Shown in pieces: positions 39,162-52,482 of a DNA stretch of 64,000 bases; the first letter of the stretch is position 1; every line of letters starts with the position of its first letter. Below the pieces are notes generated by a model. It did no database searches. It was not told the origin of the DNA and saw only the letters and a program-made list of their open reading frames with translations. Origin of the DNA: Basidiobolus meristosporus CBS 931.73 (lineage: Eukaryota > Fungi > Basidiobolomycota); assembly GCA_002104905.1 (NCBI GenBank), contig MCFE01000002.1, positions 124,001 through 188,000 on the forward strand, written 5' to 3'. The translations under genes were made by a program, and so were the position numbers.

Positions 39162-40292
39162 ATGTCGGACAATCAAGAATGGAAGAATGCCATGCAGCAA
39201 ATCCTGGCCCAACAGCAACAGCTACTCCAGATCCTCAGCCAACAGCAACAAGGAATGACTACCATGGCTCAGAGCCAGCAAAGCCCTGTCAAGAGCAACT
39301 TTAGTGTGAAGGTCAACCAGTACCATGGCAGAGTCAATGAAAACCTGGGAACTTGGCTCTTTCAGATTGAAGAAGCTTTTAAAGCTAAAGGAATTGCTCC
39401 AGAGAGCAAGTTGCGTTATGCAGCTTCTTACCTGGCAGATGCAGCTTTACAGTGGTACCACAACAAGATCAGGTCCGCCACCATGATGGGATGCTCTACA
39501 ATCTCTACCTGGGATGAGTTTGTGTCGGAAATTCAGGATGCTTTTGAACCTCCACACCAGCAGACACTACTAAGAAGGAAGTTAAAGACACTCAGACAGA
39601 AAGGAATGGTGCAAGAATACATCTATGAGTACAGATGTCTACTTGGACAAATTGAAAGAATGGACCCCTTGGATCAAGTTGAATACTTTATTGATGGGTT
39701 GAAAGAAAGAACTTGCAAGGAAGTCAATTACCAAAGACCTCAGACTATTGAAGAAGCCATCAAGATTGCCATTGACTATGACTCAGCTATGTTTGGAGTT
39801 GGGAAGCCTACAGTGACTAATCAGAAAGGCTATAATCATTATGAAAGAAGACAATCAGAAGCAGTACCAATGGAAATAGACGCTATGCAGAAGAATCCCT
39901 CCTCAGAAGAATGCAAGAAGAGAGGACTTTACTCCAATTGCCACCAGCAGGGACATATTGCAAAGTACTGCCCTCAGAGTAGAAATGGACACCAGCCAAC
40001 AAGAACCTTCAACCATATTGAGTCCCATGAACACAGTAATGTGGAAGATGAGCTTGAAGAAGACTTGGAACTCACCTTCCATATGACAGAAGAGTACTTG
40101 TCCCAAATGACTTCAAACTCAGGGAAGTTACTGTACTTGAATGGAGTAATCAATGGAGTACCTGCCAAGATCATGATTGACTCAGGAGCATCGCCTGAGT
40201 ACATGTCAGAGCAATTTGCTTTGAAAGGTGGAATAACTTGGAACCTACCAAATCAACTTCAGTTTCTACAGCTGATGGGAACTCCCACATAA
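39162..40292 (+). CDS. Gypsy gag plus start of protease
   Basis: [15 protein letters not shown] capsid, PMEID motif, decayed knuckle [14 protein letters not shown], protease IDSGA. A 1-nt deletion relative to copy 2 (GINLEP) breaks the frame at ~40238. Confidence 0.88.
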   Translation: MSDNQEWKNAMQQILAQQQQLLQILSQQQQGMTTMAQSQQSPVKSNFSVKVNQYHGRVNENLGTWLFQIEEAFKAKGIAPESKLRYAASYLADAALQWYHNKIRSATMMGCSTISTWDEFVSEIQDAFEPPHQQTLLRRKLKTLRQKGMVQEYIYEYRCLLGQIERMDPLDQVEYFIDGLKERTCKEVNYQRPQTIEEAIKIAIDYDSAMFGVGKPTVTNQKGYNHYERRQSEAVPMEIDAMQKNPSSEECKKRGLYSNCHQQGHIAKYCPQSRNGHQPTRTFNHIESHEHSNVEDELEEDLELTFHMTEEYLSQMTSNSGKLLYLNGVINGVPAKIMIDSGASPEYMSEQFALKGGITWNLPNQLQFLQLMGTPT

Positions 40293-43200
40293 TCAACCGT
40301 ATTACCCAGCCAATAAGAATGAAGATCAATGACTATGAAGAAGACCTACAGACTTATATATTTGGGAACTGCAAGTTTGACCTTGTACTTGGAAAAACCT
40401 GGCTATTTTGTCGTAATCCATCTATCAACTGGAGAACCCATGCTACTCAGATCCAAAAATACAACAAGACCTATGAGCTATTACCCGCCAGGCTGGATTT
40501 CAACTTGGTCAATTCCAGTGTGTGTGAGACAAGTGAGCTTAGCAAGACCCAGTTCTGTAGAGCACTTAGAAAAGGTACCAAGATGTTCCACATGGTGGTA
40601 TTACAGGAGGATTCCTCTACCCCAGCACCCCAGCAGGTCCAGACTCTCTTGAAGAAATATTCAGACGTGTTTCCAGATGAGCTTGTAAGTCTACCACCAG
40701 TCAGAGACGTGGATCATGCCATTGACACAGGAGATAGCCCTCCAGTGAGCAAGACACCTTACAGAATGAGTCCATTGGAATTGGAGGAAATGAAGAGACA
40801 AATTGATCAGCTATTGGAGCAAGGATACATCAGGCCCAGCAAGTCACCTTGGGGAGCACCAGTGCTTTTTGTGAAAAAGAAGGATGGAACACTCAGGATG
40901 TGCATTGACTACAGAGTCCTGAACTCAGTTACCATCAAGAATAAGTACCCCATACCTTGGATTGATGAGCTTTTAGACCAACTTAATGGAGCCACTATTT
41001 TCAGCAAGATTGACCTCATGTCAGGATACAACCAGATTAGGTTGAAACCAGAAGATATCCCTAAGACAGCATTCAGGACCAGATATGGACATTACAAGTA
41101 CTTAGTCATGAGTTTTGGCCTCACCAATGCCCCTGCAACATTCATGACGCTGATACAGACTGTCTTTCAGGAGTACTTAGACAAGTTTGTGATAATCTAC
41201 CTGGATGACATATTGATATACAGCAAGACAGAAGAGGATCACGTAGTGCACATTAAAAAGGTCTTGAAGAAACTAAGAGAGAACAAGCTATATAGCAAGC
41301 TAGCCAAGTGTGAATTCTTCAAGGAGCATGTTGAATACCTGGGACACATAGTGACTAGCACAGGAGTAACTTTAGACCCTAAGAAGGTTGAAGTGATCAA
41401 GAATCTGAAGCAGCCCCATAGCATATCAGAGCTCAGATCATTCCTTGGAATGGTTTCCTATTATTAGAGATTTATCAAGTCTTCCAGATGCTCAAGAATG
41501 AACTTGCTAAGCTGCCAAGCTTAAGAATACCTGACTTCAGAAAAGAGTATACTCTGTGCACAGATGCTTCACATTATGCAATTGGTGGAGTGTTGAGCCA
41601 AAAACACAAGGGAAAGGACTACCCCATTGCCTTTGAATCCAAGAAACTGAACTCAGCAGAACAAAACTATCCAGTGCATGAGAAGGAGATGCTTGCTATA
41701 ATACACTGTTTGAAGACAAGGAGATGCTATATTGAAGGAGTCAAATGCACTGTCAAGACTGATCATGCCAATTATCGGAGATTTGTCAAGTCTTTTGCAA
41801 GTATTTCAGCCCCTTTAACTGATATCCTCAAGAAAGACAATACCTACAAGTGGGACATAGCTTGTGAGACTGCCTTCCAGACGCTCAAGAATGAACTTGC
41901 TAAGCTGCCAAGCCCAAGAATACCAGACTTCAGAAAAGAGTTCACTCTGTGCACAGATGCTTCAGATTATGCAATTGGTGGAGTACTGAGCCAAGAACAC
42001 AAGGGAAAGGACTACCCTGTTGCCTTTGAATCCAAGAAACTGAACTCAGCAGAACAAAACTATCCAGTCCATGAGAAGGAGATGCTTGCTATAATACACT
42101 GTTTCAAGACATGGAGATGCTATATTGAAGGAGTCAAATGCACTGTGAAGACTGATCATGCCTCCCTCAAGTATATATTTACTCAGAAGGTACTCTCTAG
42201 AAGAATGACAAGATGGAGTGAATACATTCAGCAATTTGACCTGGAGATTGTCTACTGTCCTGGAAAAAACAATATGGTAGCTGATGCCTTATCAAGATTA
42301 GATCAAGTTGCACAACTCAACTTGGTGCATGAATCAGATTGGCCTAGCCTATTACTAAAGTATTTGGAGGACCAAGCCATTCCTAATGAGGTGGATGAAG
42401 ATATCAAGAAGATAATCCGTGATGAAGCCAGCAAATTTGTTGTACAGAATGAAACACTCTACCGAATTGTTGATGGAAGCCCTATTGCCTATTGTCCTTA
42501 TGTTGCTTGCCTGGATTTAATACATAAGCTACACAATGGATATGGACATCTTGGGATTAAAGGAACCTATAGCCTTGTGAAAGCCAGAGCATGGTGGCCC
42601 AGAATGAGACAAGACATTGAGAAGCTAGTAAAAACACGCCCAAACTGCCAAATCAATCAAGGCCAGCCACAAAGAATTGCCAAGCTCTTCCCTTTGGAGC
42701 CTGTAAGACCATTTGAGAGATGGGGAATTGACTTTGTTGGAAGACTACCAACTACCAGGAAATGCAACCGCTGGATCCTAGTAGCTATTGACCATGCCAC
42801 TAAATGGCCAGTTGCCAAAGCTGTACCAATAGCCAGTGAACAAGAAGTTGCAAGTTTCATCTACCATGAGATCCTGATGAAGTTTGGATGCCCTGTGGAG
42901 ATCTTATCCAATAGAGGTGCAAACTTTATGGCAAAGACATTAGAAGCTTACCTGGAAATGCAGCAGATCAGACACTTGAAAACCTCGGCATATCACCCCA
43001 GAACTAATGGAGTCACTGAGCGGTTTAGTGGATTATTTGGAAAAATACTGACCAAGTATGCAAATGGAGTTGTCAGTAGATGGGTTGAGTATATAGACCA
43101 AGCACTCTTTGCATGCAGAGTCAGAGTACACAACACCACCCAGCAATTGCCATTTTACTTAGTTTATGGATGTGAACCAAGAATTCCAGGAGATCTCACA

Positions 43201-43605
43201 CAACCAAAGCTTACAGACACCTTAGAAGATGAACTCAGTCAGCCAAGTAGACACCAGCAACTGGAACAAAGACATCAAGAGGCACAGACCAAAGTATCTC
43301 AATGTGCAGAAATGATGAAGCAGAGATTTGATAAGACTATAGCACCAGAAGCATTGACAGTTGGGAACTTTGTATTGCTAAGAAACAACACTTGGAAGAA
43401 GTTTGAGCCACAATGGACAGGACCATTCAAGATCATCAGAGAATGTCCATTTGCAACTTACCAACTGGTGGACAAACAAGGTAATATCCGGGAAGACTTA
43501 GTGCATAGGGACAGACTCAAGCATGCAAGACTTGCTGATAATACTGAACCATCAAGATATTGGTATCACAAGAAAAGAGATTCAGGAGAACCCTCTCAAC
43601 TTTAG
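40238..43605 (+). pseudogene. Gypsy pol (PR C-terminus, RT, duplicated RNase H, integrase)
   Basis: [32 protein letters not shown]...YPVHEKEMLAI present twice, HHCC region, WGIDFVG, YHPRTNGVTER and GPF motifs. Stop at ~41465. No chromodomain. Confidence 0.92.
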
Positions 43606-44892
43606 TAGGGGAGAATGTTATGATCTGCCGCTTGAATGTTTAAGTTAGATCAGTTTTTAGTCAAATCAATTAGTATATGTTTAGGTTATCAGTATATCAG
43701 TATTATCTATAAAATCAGTAGCATTAGTCAGCAAATGAATCAGCAGATCCTTATCAGACAGAAATAGATATATTAGGTAGGATCTTATTAGGTGATGATG
43801 ATGCAATCAAATGAGTCATCAGCCACAACCTACATTAGGAAATACAATTAGTCAGCAATTGATCTGGCAAAATGTATATAAGGAGCTGCTGGAACCTCAA
43901 TAAAAATCAGTTCAAGTTTTAGTGAATACAATACTAGCTAAACTCCCTATTCCTCTACAACTCTTATACCAAGACTTGTAACATAGTAGTATCCTGCTGA
44001 AAAGCATGCAATACTAATTCAGCAATAGATGCAGGTAGCTATCCAGGTGGGATGGTGATTTAAGTTCATATACCAGCATGACTTCCATCAAATTTCAGCT
44101 TGGATACTGTTAGATTAGTGGCGGATTTAGGATGCTGAGAATCAGTAGTCAGCAGGATTTTAGTCTCTGGCCCATATGCTGCCAGCTGCATGATGGTTTT
44201 CCATTTGCTCCAACATGATAAGCTGCATCCCAGAGTCATTTTGGCTAGGTGTAGCAGTAAATGCTCAAAGCCCCCCTTACAAATATTGGTGAAGTACACT
44301 ACTTCTCTAGCCTTAACATCAAATTATACCCCAGCCAATATATTACTGGGCTCACTTAGATCAATGGTGTATCCTTGAATTTTTGACACTGGGATTGTCT
44401 TGTCTGAAATTGGGATCTTGCTGGTCCATGCAGGATACTGTACCCAGTTAGGCACCCAATCCATCAGTGGGCCTGCTTCTTCAGAGCTATTACTCTGCAG
44501 GCCATATTGAAAAGGCTGCAGTGAACTAAAAGGTGTCTCAAACTCACTCAAACTGGTTTGCGCAAGGTGACAAGTATGGCAGGGTGCTGTTTTGGAAGTA
44601 TCAGTAGCTGGCAAGATAAGGTTGGCACAGCAGTGACTGTTGTATGGGCAAACATGACTTGTGTGGCAAACACTGTCCAATATCCTTGTAGTACTTCCTA
44701 TGATGTAAGCTTGCTTCATGGCTAAGAGATTTGTCACAATAGTCCACAGTTGCATTCCCCTCTTTTATAGTATTGAACAAAGGTGGTCTTGTCCATTGGG
44801 TAAACAGCTCAACACTTCGCAACATAATGCTATTATATCATTCTTTTATCAATACTTGCATGATTGTGAGTCGGTCATGTGTTTGGAACATT

Positions 44893-45606
44893 AGAACTGT
44901 TCTGTAGGACAGTGCCAGATAGTGCCAGCCTGTTTATTGTGCCAGATTGATATGGCATACTATAGCACTTTCTGGAACCACAGGTTCTACCATGATGCCA
45001 GAGGTAGGATATAGTCATTGCAAGTTTTACTCAATTGTGCTTATGTTGCTCTGAATAGTGCTTTTCTTACTTTGTTTACTCTATATATTGCTCCAAACAC
45101 ATTTCTTTCAGTGGATGCTTTCTTGTGTGAATATAAAGTGCATTATAAGCTTTTCCCATGGGATAGTGCCACATAGTTCCAGCCTATTATGAGTTTCCAA
45201 TTAATCTGGCTTTCTGTGACACTATCTGGCATCATATTTTCTACCATGCAGTTAGTGGTAGGAAAGAGTTACTAGTAGCTTACTCAGTTGTACTTGTGTG
45301 GCTCATGATAGTGCCTTTCATGCTATGCTTACTCCTCATAGTGCTCAAGATACATTCCTCCTGGTGGCTATATTCTTCTATGAATACACTACACATTAAT
45401 AGTTATTTTACCTATTTTACAAATTCAGTTGTTTTCTCCTTTATACAACTTTCCGCTGTATCTACCTGCCAATATGCTGAGTCTGTTTAGATATTAAAAT
45501 GTATGCACTACTCTCACTTTGAAATGATTGAATATCTCATTGTAGAGCTTCTGCTTCCTGCTAAGCACACCATTCCTTGGCTTCCTCTAAGCTGTAATAT
45601 ATCACA
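44893..45606 (-). mobile_element. Two consecutive PHIS transposase-side end fragments
   Basis: ATT|AGAACTGTTCTGTAGG end plus the transposase C-terminus, then a second more diverged end with GVLSRKQKL sequence. Cut by a CACTA TIR at 45607. Confidence 0.75.
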
Positions 45607-48601
45607 CCCTACAAAGAAATCTTGTCCTGCAGGTGGATCCAATCCAGATCAGCTGTCAAGATCCTGTCAGGAGACCACTATAATACCAGCAGCTTAGTGT
45701 TAATTACCATCTACACAATTTGTGGCAGGATCATAATGGGATTTTGCTATTTCAACAGCCAAATAAAGTTGATTAATATACAAGTGTTGATACAGTGTTT
45801 TGACAAGAGTGGCATGGCACTGTTACAGTCTTGGTGTGCTTTATTACTCTATCAGTACATCCAGTTTTCTTATATGGCATTAACTTGACAGTGTATTGAC
45901 GGCCTCTTTGTGAGCCTCTGATGGCATTATCACAGCAGTATTGCAGCCTACAGCTAGTTCTGTAAAATGCTACCATACCAATTTACCAGATAGTATTTCC
46001 TTTTTTAGCCTCACCTTGTGCAATTGATATATTCTACTGCTGAATAATCCTTCTTTATTACTTACCCACTACTACCTAGGGTATTCCACTTGTAGTCAAA
46101 TAAAAAATACTCTGGCCTCCTGCTTACTAACCTCTATAAACATGCACACCTGCCACAATTGACATACTACTATCACCTCAACTCTGCAGCTCTTTAGTGT
46201 GATACTTGCAAAGTGGCAATATGGTACTGCTGGCAACATATACATCTTGCTAACATATGCTGGATTGCTGCAACTTCTGCCATGAATACCTCCTGTATAT
46301 CCCTGAAGATCTTTTTGGTATTCAGCCACTATATTCCTTCTCCCTGCTGGACTCTAGTCCCACTTATAGGTTTGTTTTGGCTCTTGTTTGTGTAAATTTG
46401 GTATTGACTGGTACAGAAATTGGCTTTTGACCAAGAGAAATATGGCATATCTTGGTGGAGTTTTCCTAATAAAAACTAGCTGCTTGTTGCACCCAACCCA
46501 ACTTTGCATTACTTGACTGATTACCCACTCATTAGGGCTGCTAGGCTTCTTAGTTCTGTAGGCATAAGTGTCTCCATGTCCACATCTGTTGTCAGTATTT
46601 TCCAACTCTTCCTGGCTGTCCTCCATGTACCAACTCATCACAGCCATCACTGACTTGAAGGTAATATTTGTGATGAGATTGCAATATGGTAGTACCTGCA
46701 ACTTGACTTGTCTTCCTATTTCCCCACGCATCCACTCAACTGGAAACTCCCAAAAGGTGAAGCAAGGCTCACTAATCTCCACACACCAAGCAAGATGGAG
46801 AAGGGAATGGATACAGTAGAGGCAGAGATATGTGCATTTATCTTTATTTTTGTAGTATAGCTGCTCAAATCCCACCACAAACTCTTTGCACAAAAGCTGT
46901 AGATGCGTGAAGTTGGCATTGGCAATTTGCTTCTAGATAAATATTCCTACAATATCCACATATGACACCCAATGCTTCCAATATTTTCTTGGTAGACATG
47001 GCTTTAGAAGGCCACTTGAATAAATACATATCCTGCTCATCCATTCCTTGAATTTCTATTGCTGCAAATGCATATTTATGCTGATTGGTGCCTATGAGAA
47101 GTACTCAGGGTAGCAAACTCTATGTCATACTTTGCCAATTTTGTCAAAATTCTCCAGAAACTCAAAGGGTGCATTTGGTTTGAAATGCCCATGTACAACT
47201 TGGTCGTCAGTATATGGATATTGTTGAAAAGCAAGTACATTGCTCCCAGTGGAAAGCTTTTGCACTAAGAAATACCCATTATCTCAAGCATATCTGGTTT
47301 CCAATTGATTCCATATTCTGGCCAATGGCATAAAGCTAGCCAACTTTGCTGCAAATGCATGCTGACTTCTGTATGTTCTCTTTGTGGAAAGATGATATTC
47401 TTAGTCTTGGTGTTTGGCTAATAATATTGTGTGTGAGTTATGGAATAAATCCTCTGGATCTCACACATTTGACAGCAATACCATCAATTGTGACTAGAAA
47501 AGCCAGTTATCTTGCTGATGGCTGGGTATCTCCAATGCAGATAATAATATGTGCTTTTACATTACAATTACTCACTGTTATCCCACTGCAAAGCACACAA
47601 AATTTGTCCAGCAATGGGTACAGGTAGCTATCCAGGTTAGACAGTGATCTATGTCCATATGACAGTGAGACTACCAAGAAGATATTACTCTGATACTGTA
47701 AGATAGGAGGTAGATTCAGACTGATTAGAATCAGTGACCAGCAGGATTTGCTGGTAGAGGACCTGTTTAATGAGAATCCATCAATTGCCAAGGCAAAGGC
47801 ATGGTCATGTATATCTTAAAAGTAGCAATTGCTTTTTAGCTCTTTGTATCATTGGCCATCAAATATATCTGATACATTTGCGCTAGATTTATAGTAAGTG
47901 TGGTACTCTATAGCTTCACAGTACCTGTTGGACTGCATATGCTTCTTCATATGATGTATTACCAGAATATATCCAGAGAAGTAGTTGTAAGTCCTCAAGG
48001 TCCCCATTACTGATATTAGTGAAAAGTGCCACTTCTCTGGCCACAACCTCACATCATTCACTAGTAGATGAACTACTGGGCTCACTTGACTCATAAGGTA
48101 TCTTTAGCACTTTTTCCACAGGAGCTGTCTCATTGCATAATGGAACTTTGCCAGGCTCATGTGCAACACTGTTGTTGGGGAAGATAGGCTGACAATCCAT
48201 CAGTGAGCCTGCTTCTTCAAAACTATCACTCTAAATACCATATTCATAAGGCTGGGGTGAGCCTAAAGGCATCACAAACTCTCCTGACTCAGTTTGTGCA
48301 AGGTGACCAGTACAGCCAGATGCCGTTATAGAAGTATCCAGTGGTTGGCAAGACATTGCTGGTACATCAGTGACTGATGAATGGCCAACTACAACTTGTG
48401 TGGTAAAGCACTGACCATGATCCTTGTAATGCTTCCTGTGCTGTCTGTGTGCATCATAGCTGAAAGTCTTGCTACAATAGGCATATGGTCTTTTTTCTCT
48501 TCTCTCACATCATTGAATCAAAGCGGTCTTTTCCATGGGGCAAACAGTGTGGTACTCAACAATGTAATGCTATTACATCACTTTTTGGTCAATACTCATG
48601 T
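45607..48601 (-). mobile_element. CACTA transposase-side end and the most complete Tnp2 pseudogene
   Basis: TIR CCCTACAAAGAAAT then CCTGCAGGTGGATCC. LAIDGFSLNR...CWSLILISLNLPP...IGDTQPSAR is a Tnp2/Transposase_21-type core. Confidence 0.85.
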
Positions 48602-51600
48602 TGTTACAAGTCTTGGTATAAGAGTTGTAGAGGAATAGGGTGTTTAGCTAGTATTGTATTCACTAAAACTTGAACTGATCTTTGTTGAGATTTCAGCAGC
48701 TCCTTATATACATTTTGCCAGATCAATTGCTGACTAATTGTATTTCCTAATGTAGGCTGTGGCTGATGACTTGTTTGATTGCATCATCATCACCCAACAA
48801 GATGCTACCTAATATATCTATTTCTGTCTGATAAGGATCTGCTGAATCATTTGCTGGCTAATTCTACTGATTTGACCAGTAATACTGATATACTGATAAC
48901 CTAAACATATAATTAATTGATTTGACTAAAAACTGATCTAACTTAAACATTCAAGCAGCAGATCACAATATTCTCACCTGCTAAAGTTGAGAGGGTTCTC
49001 CTGAATCTCTTTTCTAGTAATACCAATATCTTGATGGTTCAGTATTATCAGCAAGTCTTGCAAGCTTGAGTCTGTCCCTATGCACTAAGTCTTCCCAGAT
49101 ATTGCCTTGTTTGTCCACTAGTTGGTAAGTTGCAAATGGACATTCTGTGATGATCATGAATGGTCCTGTCCATCATGGCTCAAACTTCTACCAAGTGTTG
49201 TTTCATAGCAATATAAAGTTCCTAGCTGTCAATGCTTCTGGTGCTATAGTCTTATCAAATCTCTGCTTCATCTTTTCTACACTTGGAGATACTTTGGTCT
49301 GTGCCTCTTGACACCTTTGTTCCAGTTGCTGGTGTCTACTTGGTTGACTGAGTTCATCTTTTAAGGTGTCTGTAAGCTTTGGTTGTGTGAGATCTCCTGG
49401 AATCCTTGGTTCACATCCATACACTAAGTGAGATGGCAATTGCTGGGTGGTGTTGTGTACTCTGACTCTGCATGCAAAGAGTACTTGGTCTATATACTCA
49501 TCCCATCTACTAACAACTCCATTTGCATACTTGGTTAGCATTTTTCCAAATAATCCATCAAACCATTCAGTGACTCCATTAGTTCTGGGGTGATATGCCA
49601 AGGTTTTCAAGTGTTTGACCTGCTGCATATCCTGGTAGGCTTCCAATGTCTTTGCCATAAAGTTTGTGCCTCTATTGGATAGAATCTCTACAGGGCATCC
49701 AAACTTCTTAAGGATCTCATGGTAGATGAACTTGAAACTTCTTGTTCACTGGCTATAGGTACAGCCTTAGCCACTGGCCATTTAGTGGTACGGTCAATTG
49801 CTACTAGGATTCAATGGTTGCATTTCCTGATAGTTGGCAGTCTTCCAATATAGTCAATTCCCCATCTTTCAAATGGTCTTACAGGCTCCAAGGGAAAGAA
49901 CTCAGCAATTCTCTGTGGTTGGCCTTGGTTGATTTGGCAATTTGAGCATGTTTTCACTAGCTTCTCAATGTCATGTTTCATTCTGGGCCACCATGCTCTG
50001 GCTTTCACAAGGCTATAGGTTTCTTCAATTCCAAGATGTCCATATCCATTGTGTAGCTTATGAATTTGATCCAGGCAAGAAACATAAGGGCAATAGGCAA
50101 CAGAGCTTCCATTCATCATTTGGAAGAGTGTTTCATCCTGTACTACAAATTTGCTGGCTTCATCCTGAATTATCTTCTTGATATCTTCATCCACCCCATT
50201 AGGAATGGCTTGGTCCTCCAAGTACTTTGGCAATAGGCTAGGCCAATCTGATTCATGCACTAAGTTGAGTTGTGCAACTTGATCTAATCTTTATAAGGTG
50301 TCAGCAACCTTGTTGTTTTTTCCAGGGCAGTAGGCAATCTCTAAGTCAAATTGCTGAATGTATTCACCCCATCTTGTCATTCTTCTAGAGTGTATCTTCT
50401 GAGTAAATATATACTTGAGGGAGGCATGATCAGTCTTGACAGTGCATTTGACTCCTTCAATATAGCATCTCCTTGTCTTCAAACAGTGTATTATAGCAAG
50501 CATCTCCTTCTCATGCACTGGATAGTTTTGTTCTGCTGAGTTCAGTTTCTTGGATTCAAAGGCAATGGGGTAGTCCTTTCCCTTGTGTTTTTGGCTCAAC
50601 ACTCCACCAATTGCATAATGTGAAGCATCTGTGCACAGAGTATACTCTTTTCTGAAGTCAGGTATTCTTAAGCTTGGCAGCTTAGCAAGTTCATTCTTGA
50701 GCATCTGGAAGACTTGATAAATCTCTAATAATAGGAAACCATTCCAAGGAATGATCTGAGCTCTGATATGCTATGGGGCTGCTTCAGATTCTTGATCACT
50801 TCAACCTTCTTAGGGTCTAAAGTTACTCATGTGCTAGTCACTATGTGTCCCAGATATTCAATGTGTTCCTTGAAGAATTTACACTTGGGTAGCTTGCCAT
50901 AAAGCTTGTTCTGTCTTAGCTTCTTCAAGACCTTTCAATATGCACCAAGTGATCCTCTTCTGTCTTGCTATATAACATTATATCATCTAAGTAGATTATG
51001 ACAAACTTGTCTAAGTACTCCTGGAAGACAGTCTGCATCAGGGTCATGAATGTTGCAGGGGCATTGGTGAGGCCAAAACTCATGACTAGGTACTTGTAAT
51101 GTCCATATTTGGTCCTGAATGCTGTCTCAGGGATGTCTTCTGGCTTTACCCTAATTTGGCTGTATCCTGACATGAGGTCAATCTTGCTGAAAATAGTGAC
51201 TCCATTGAGTTGGTCCAAGAGCTCATCAATTCAAGGTATGGGGTACTTTTTCTTCACAGTAACTGAGTTGAGGGCTATGTAGTCAATGCACATTCTAAGT
51301 GTTCCATCCTTCTTCTCCACAAAAAGTACCAGTGCTCCCCAAGGTGACTTGCTGGGTCTGATATATCCTTGCTCCAGTAACTGATCTATTTGTCTCTTCA
51401 TCTCTTTGTACTCTAATGGACTCATTCTGTATGGTGTCTTACTCACTGGAGGGCTATCTCCTGTTTCAATGGCATGATCCACATCTCTGACTGGTGGTGG
51501 ACTTACAAGCTCTTCTGGAAATACTTCTAAATACTCCTTTAAAAGAGTCTGGACCTTCTGGGGTACTGGAGTAGGGGAATCCTCCTGTAATACTGCCATG

Positions 51601-52482
51601 AGGAAAATCTGGGCGCCTTTTCTTAGTGCTCTACAGAACTGTGTCTTGCTAAGTTCACTTGTTTCACATACACTGGAATTGACCAGGCTAAAATTCAGTC
51701 TGGCAGGTAATAGCTCATAGGTCTTGTTGTCCTTCTGGATCTGAGTAGCATTGGTTCTCTGGTTGATTGATGGATTACAAGAAAATAGCCAGGTTTTCCC
51801 AAGTACAAGGTCAAACTTGCAGTTCCCAAATATATAGGCCTGTAGATCTTCTTCATAGTCATTGTTCTTCATCCTTACTGTCTGAGTTATACAGTTGATT
51901 ATATGAGAGTTCCCATCAGCTGTTGATACTGAAGTTGATTTGGTGGGCTCCAAGTTGATTCCAGCTTTCAAAGCAAATTGCGCTGATATATATTCATGCA
52001 ATGCTCCTGAGTCAATTATGATCTTGGCAGGTACTCCATTGATTACTCCATTCAAGTATAATAGCTTTCCTGAGTTTGAGGTCATATAGGATAGGTACTC
52101 TTCTGTCATATGGAAGGTGAGTTCTGAGTCTTCTTCAAGTTCATCCTCCACATTACTATGCTCCATGGCCTCAATATGGTTAAAGGTTTTTGATGGCTGG
52201 TGTCCATTTCTTCTCTGAGGGCAGTACTTTGCAATATGTCCCTGCTGGTGGCAACTGAAGCAAAGTCCATTCTCCTTACATTCTTCTGAGCTAGGATTCT
52301 TCTGCATAGCATCTATTTCCATTGGCACTGCTTCTGATTGTCTTCTTTAATAGTGATTGTAGTCTCTCTGATTAGTCATTGTGGGCTTCCCAACTCCAAA
52401 CATAGCTGAATCAGAGTCAATGACAATCTTAATGGCTTCTTCAATAGTCTGAGGTCTTTGATAATTCACCTCCTTACAAGTA
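48602..52482 (-). mobile_element. 5'-truncated Ty3/gypsy copy of the same family as 38737-43983
   Basis: 3' LTR at 48602-48970 and PPT, then degenerate IN, RH, RT, PR and gag end. Fused within gag ([10 protein letters not shown]) to CACTA transposase sequence. Confidence 0.92.

Larger units (their letters stand above)
38737..43983 (+). mobile_element. Full-length Ty3/gypsy LTR retrotransposon (5,247 bp), non-functional
   Basis: LTRs at 38737-39103 and 43616-43983 differ by 5 transitions and 1 indel. 4-bp TSD TAGT, PBS TGGTAGCAG (tRNA-iMet 3' end type), PPT AGTAGGGGAGAA, order gag-PR-RT-RH-IN. Confidence 0.95.
37260..44830 (-). mobile_element. Minus-strand CACTA transposase remnants split by the gypsy insertion (37260-37580, 37900-38736, 43984-44830)
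   Basis: Joining 38736 to 43988 restores sequence collinear with 47530-47640. Confidence 0.72.

Noticed and set aside
40238-40292. Programmed gag-pol frameshift in the gypsy element
   Set aside because: The shift falls inside the protease and copy 2 is in frame there (GINLEP), so it is a 1-nt deletion.
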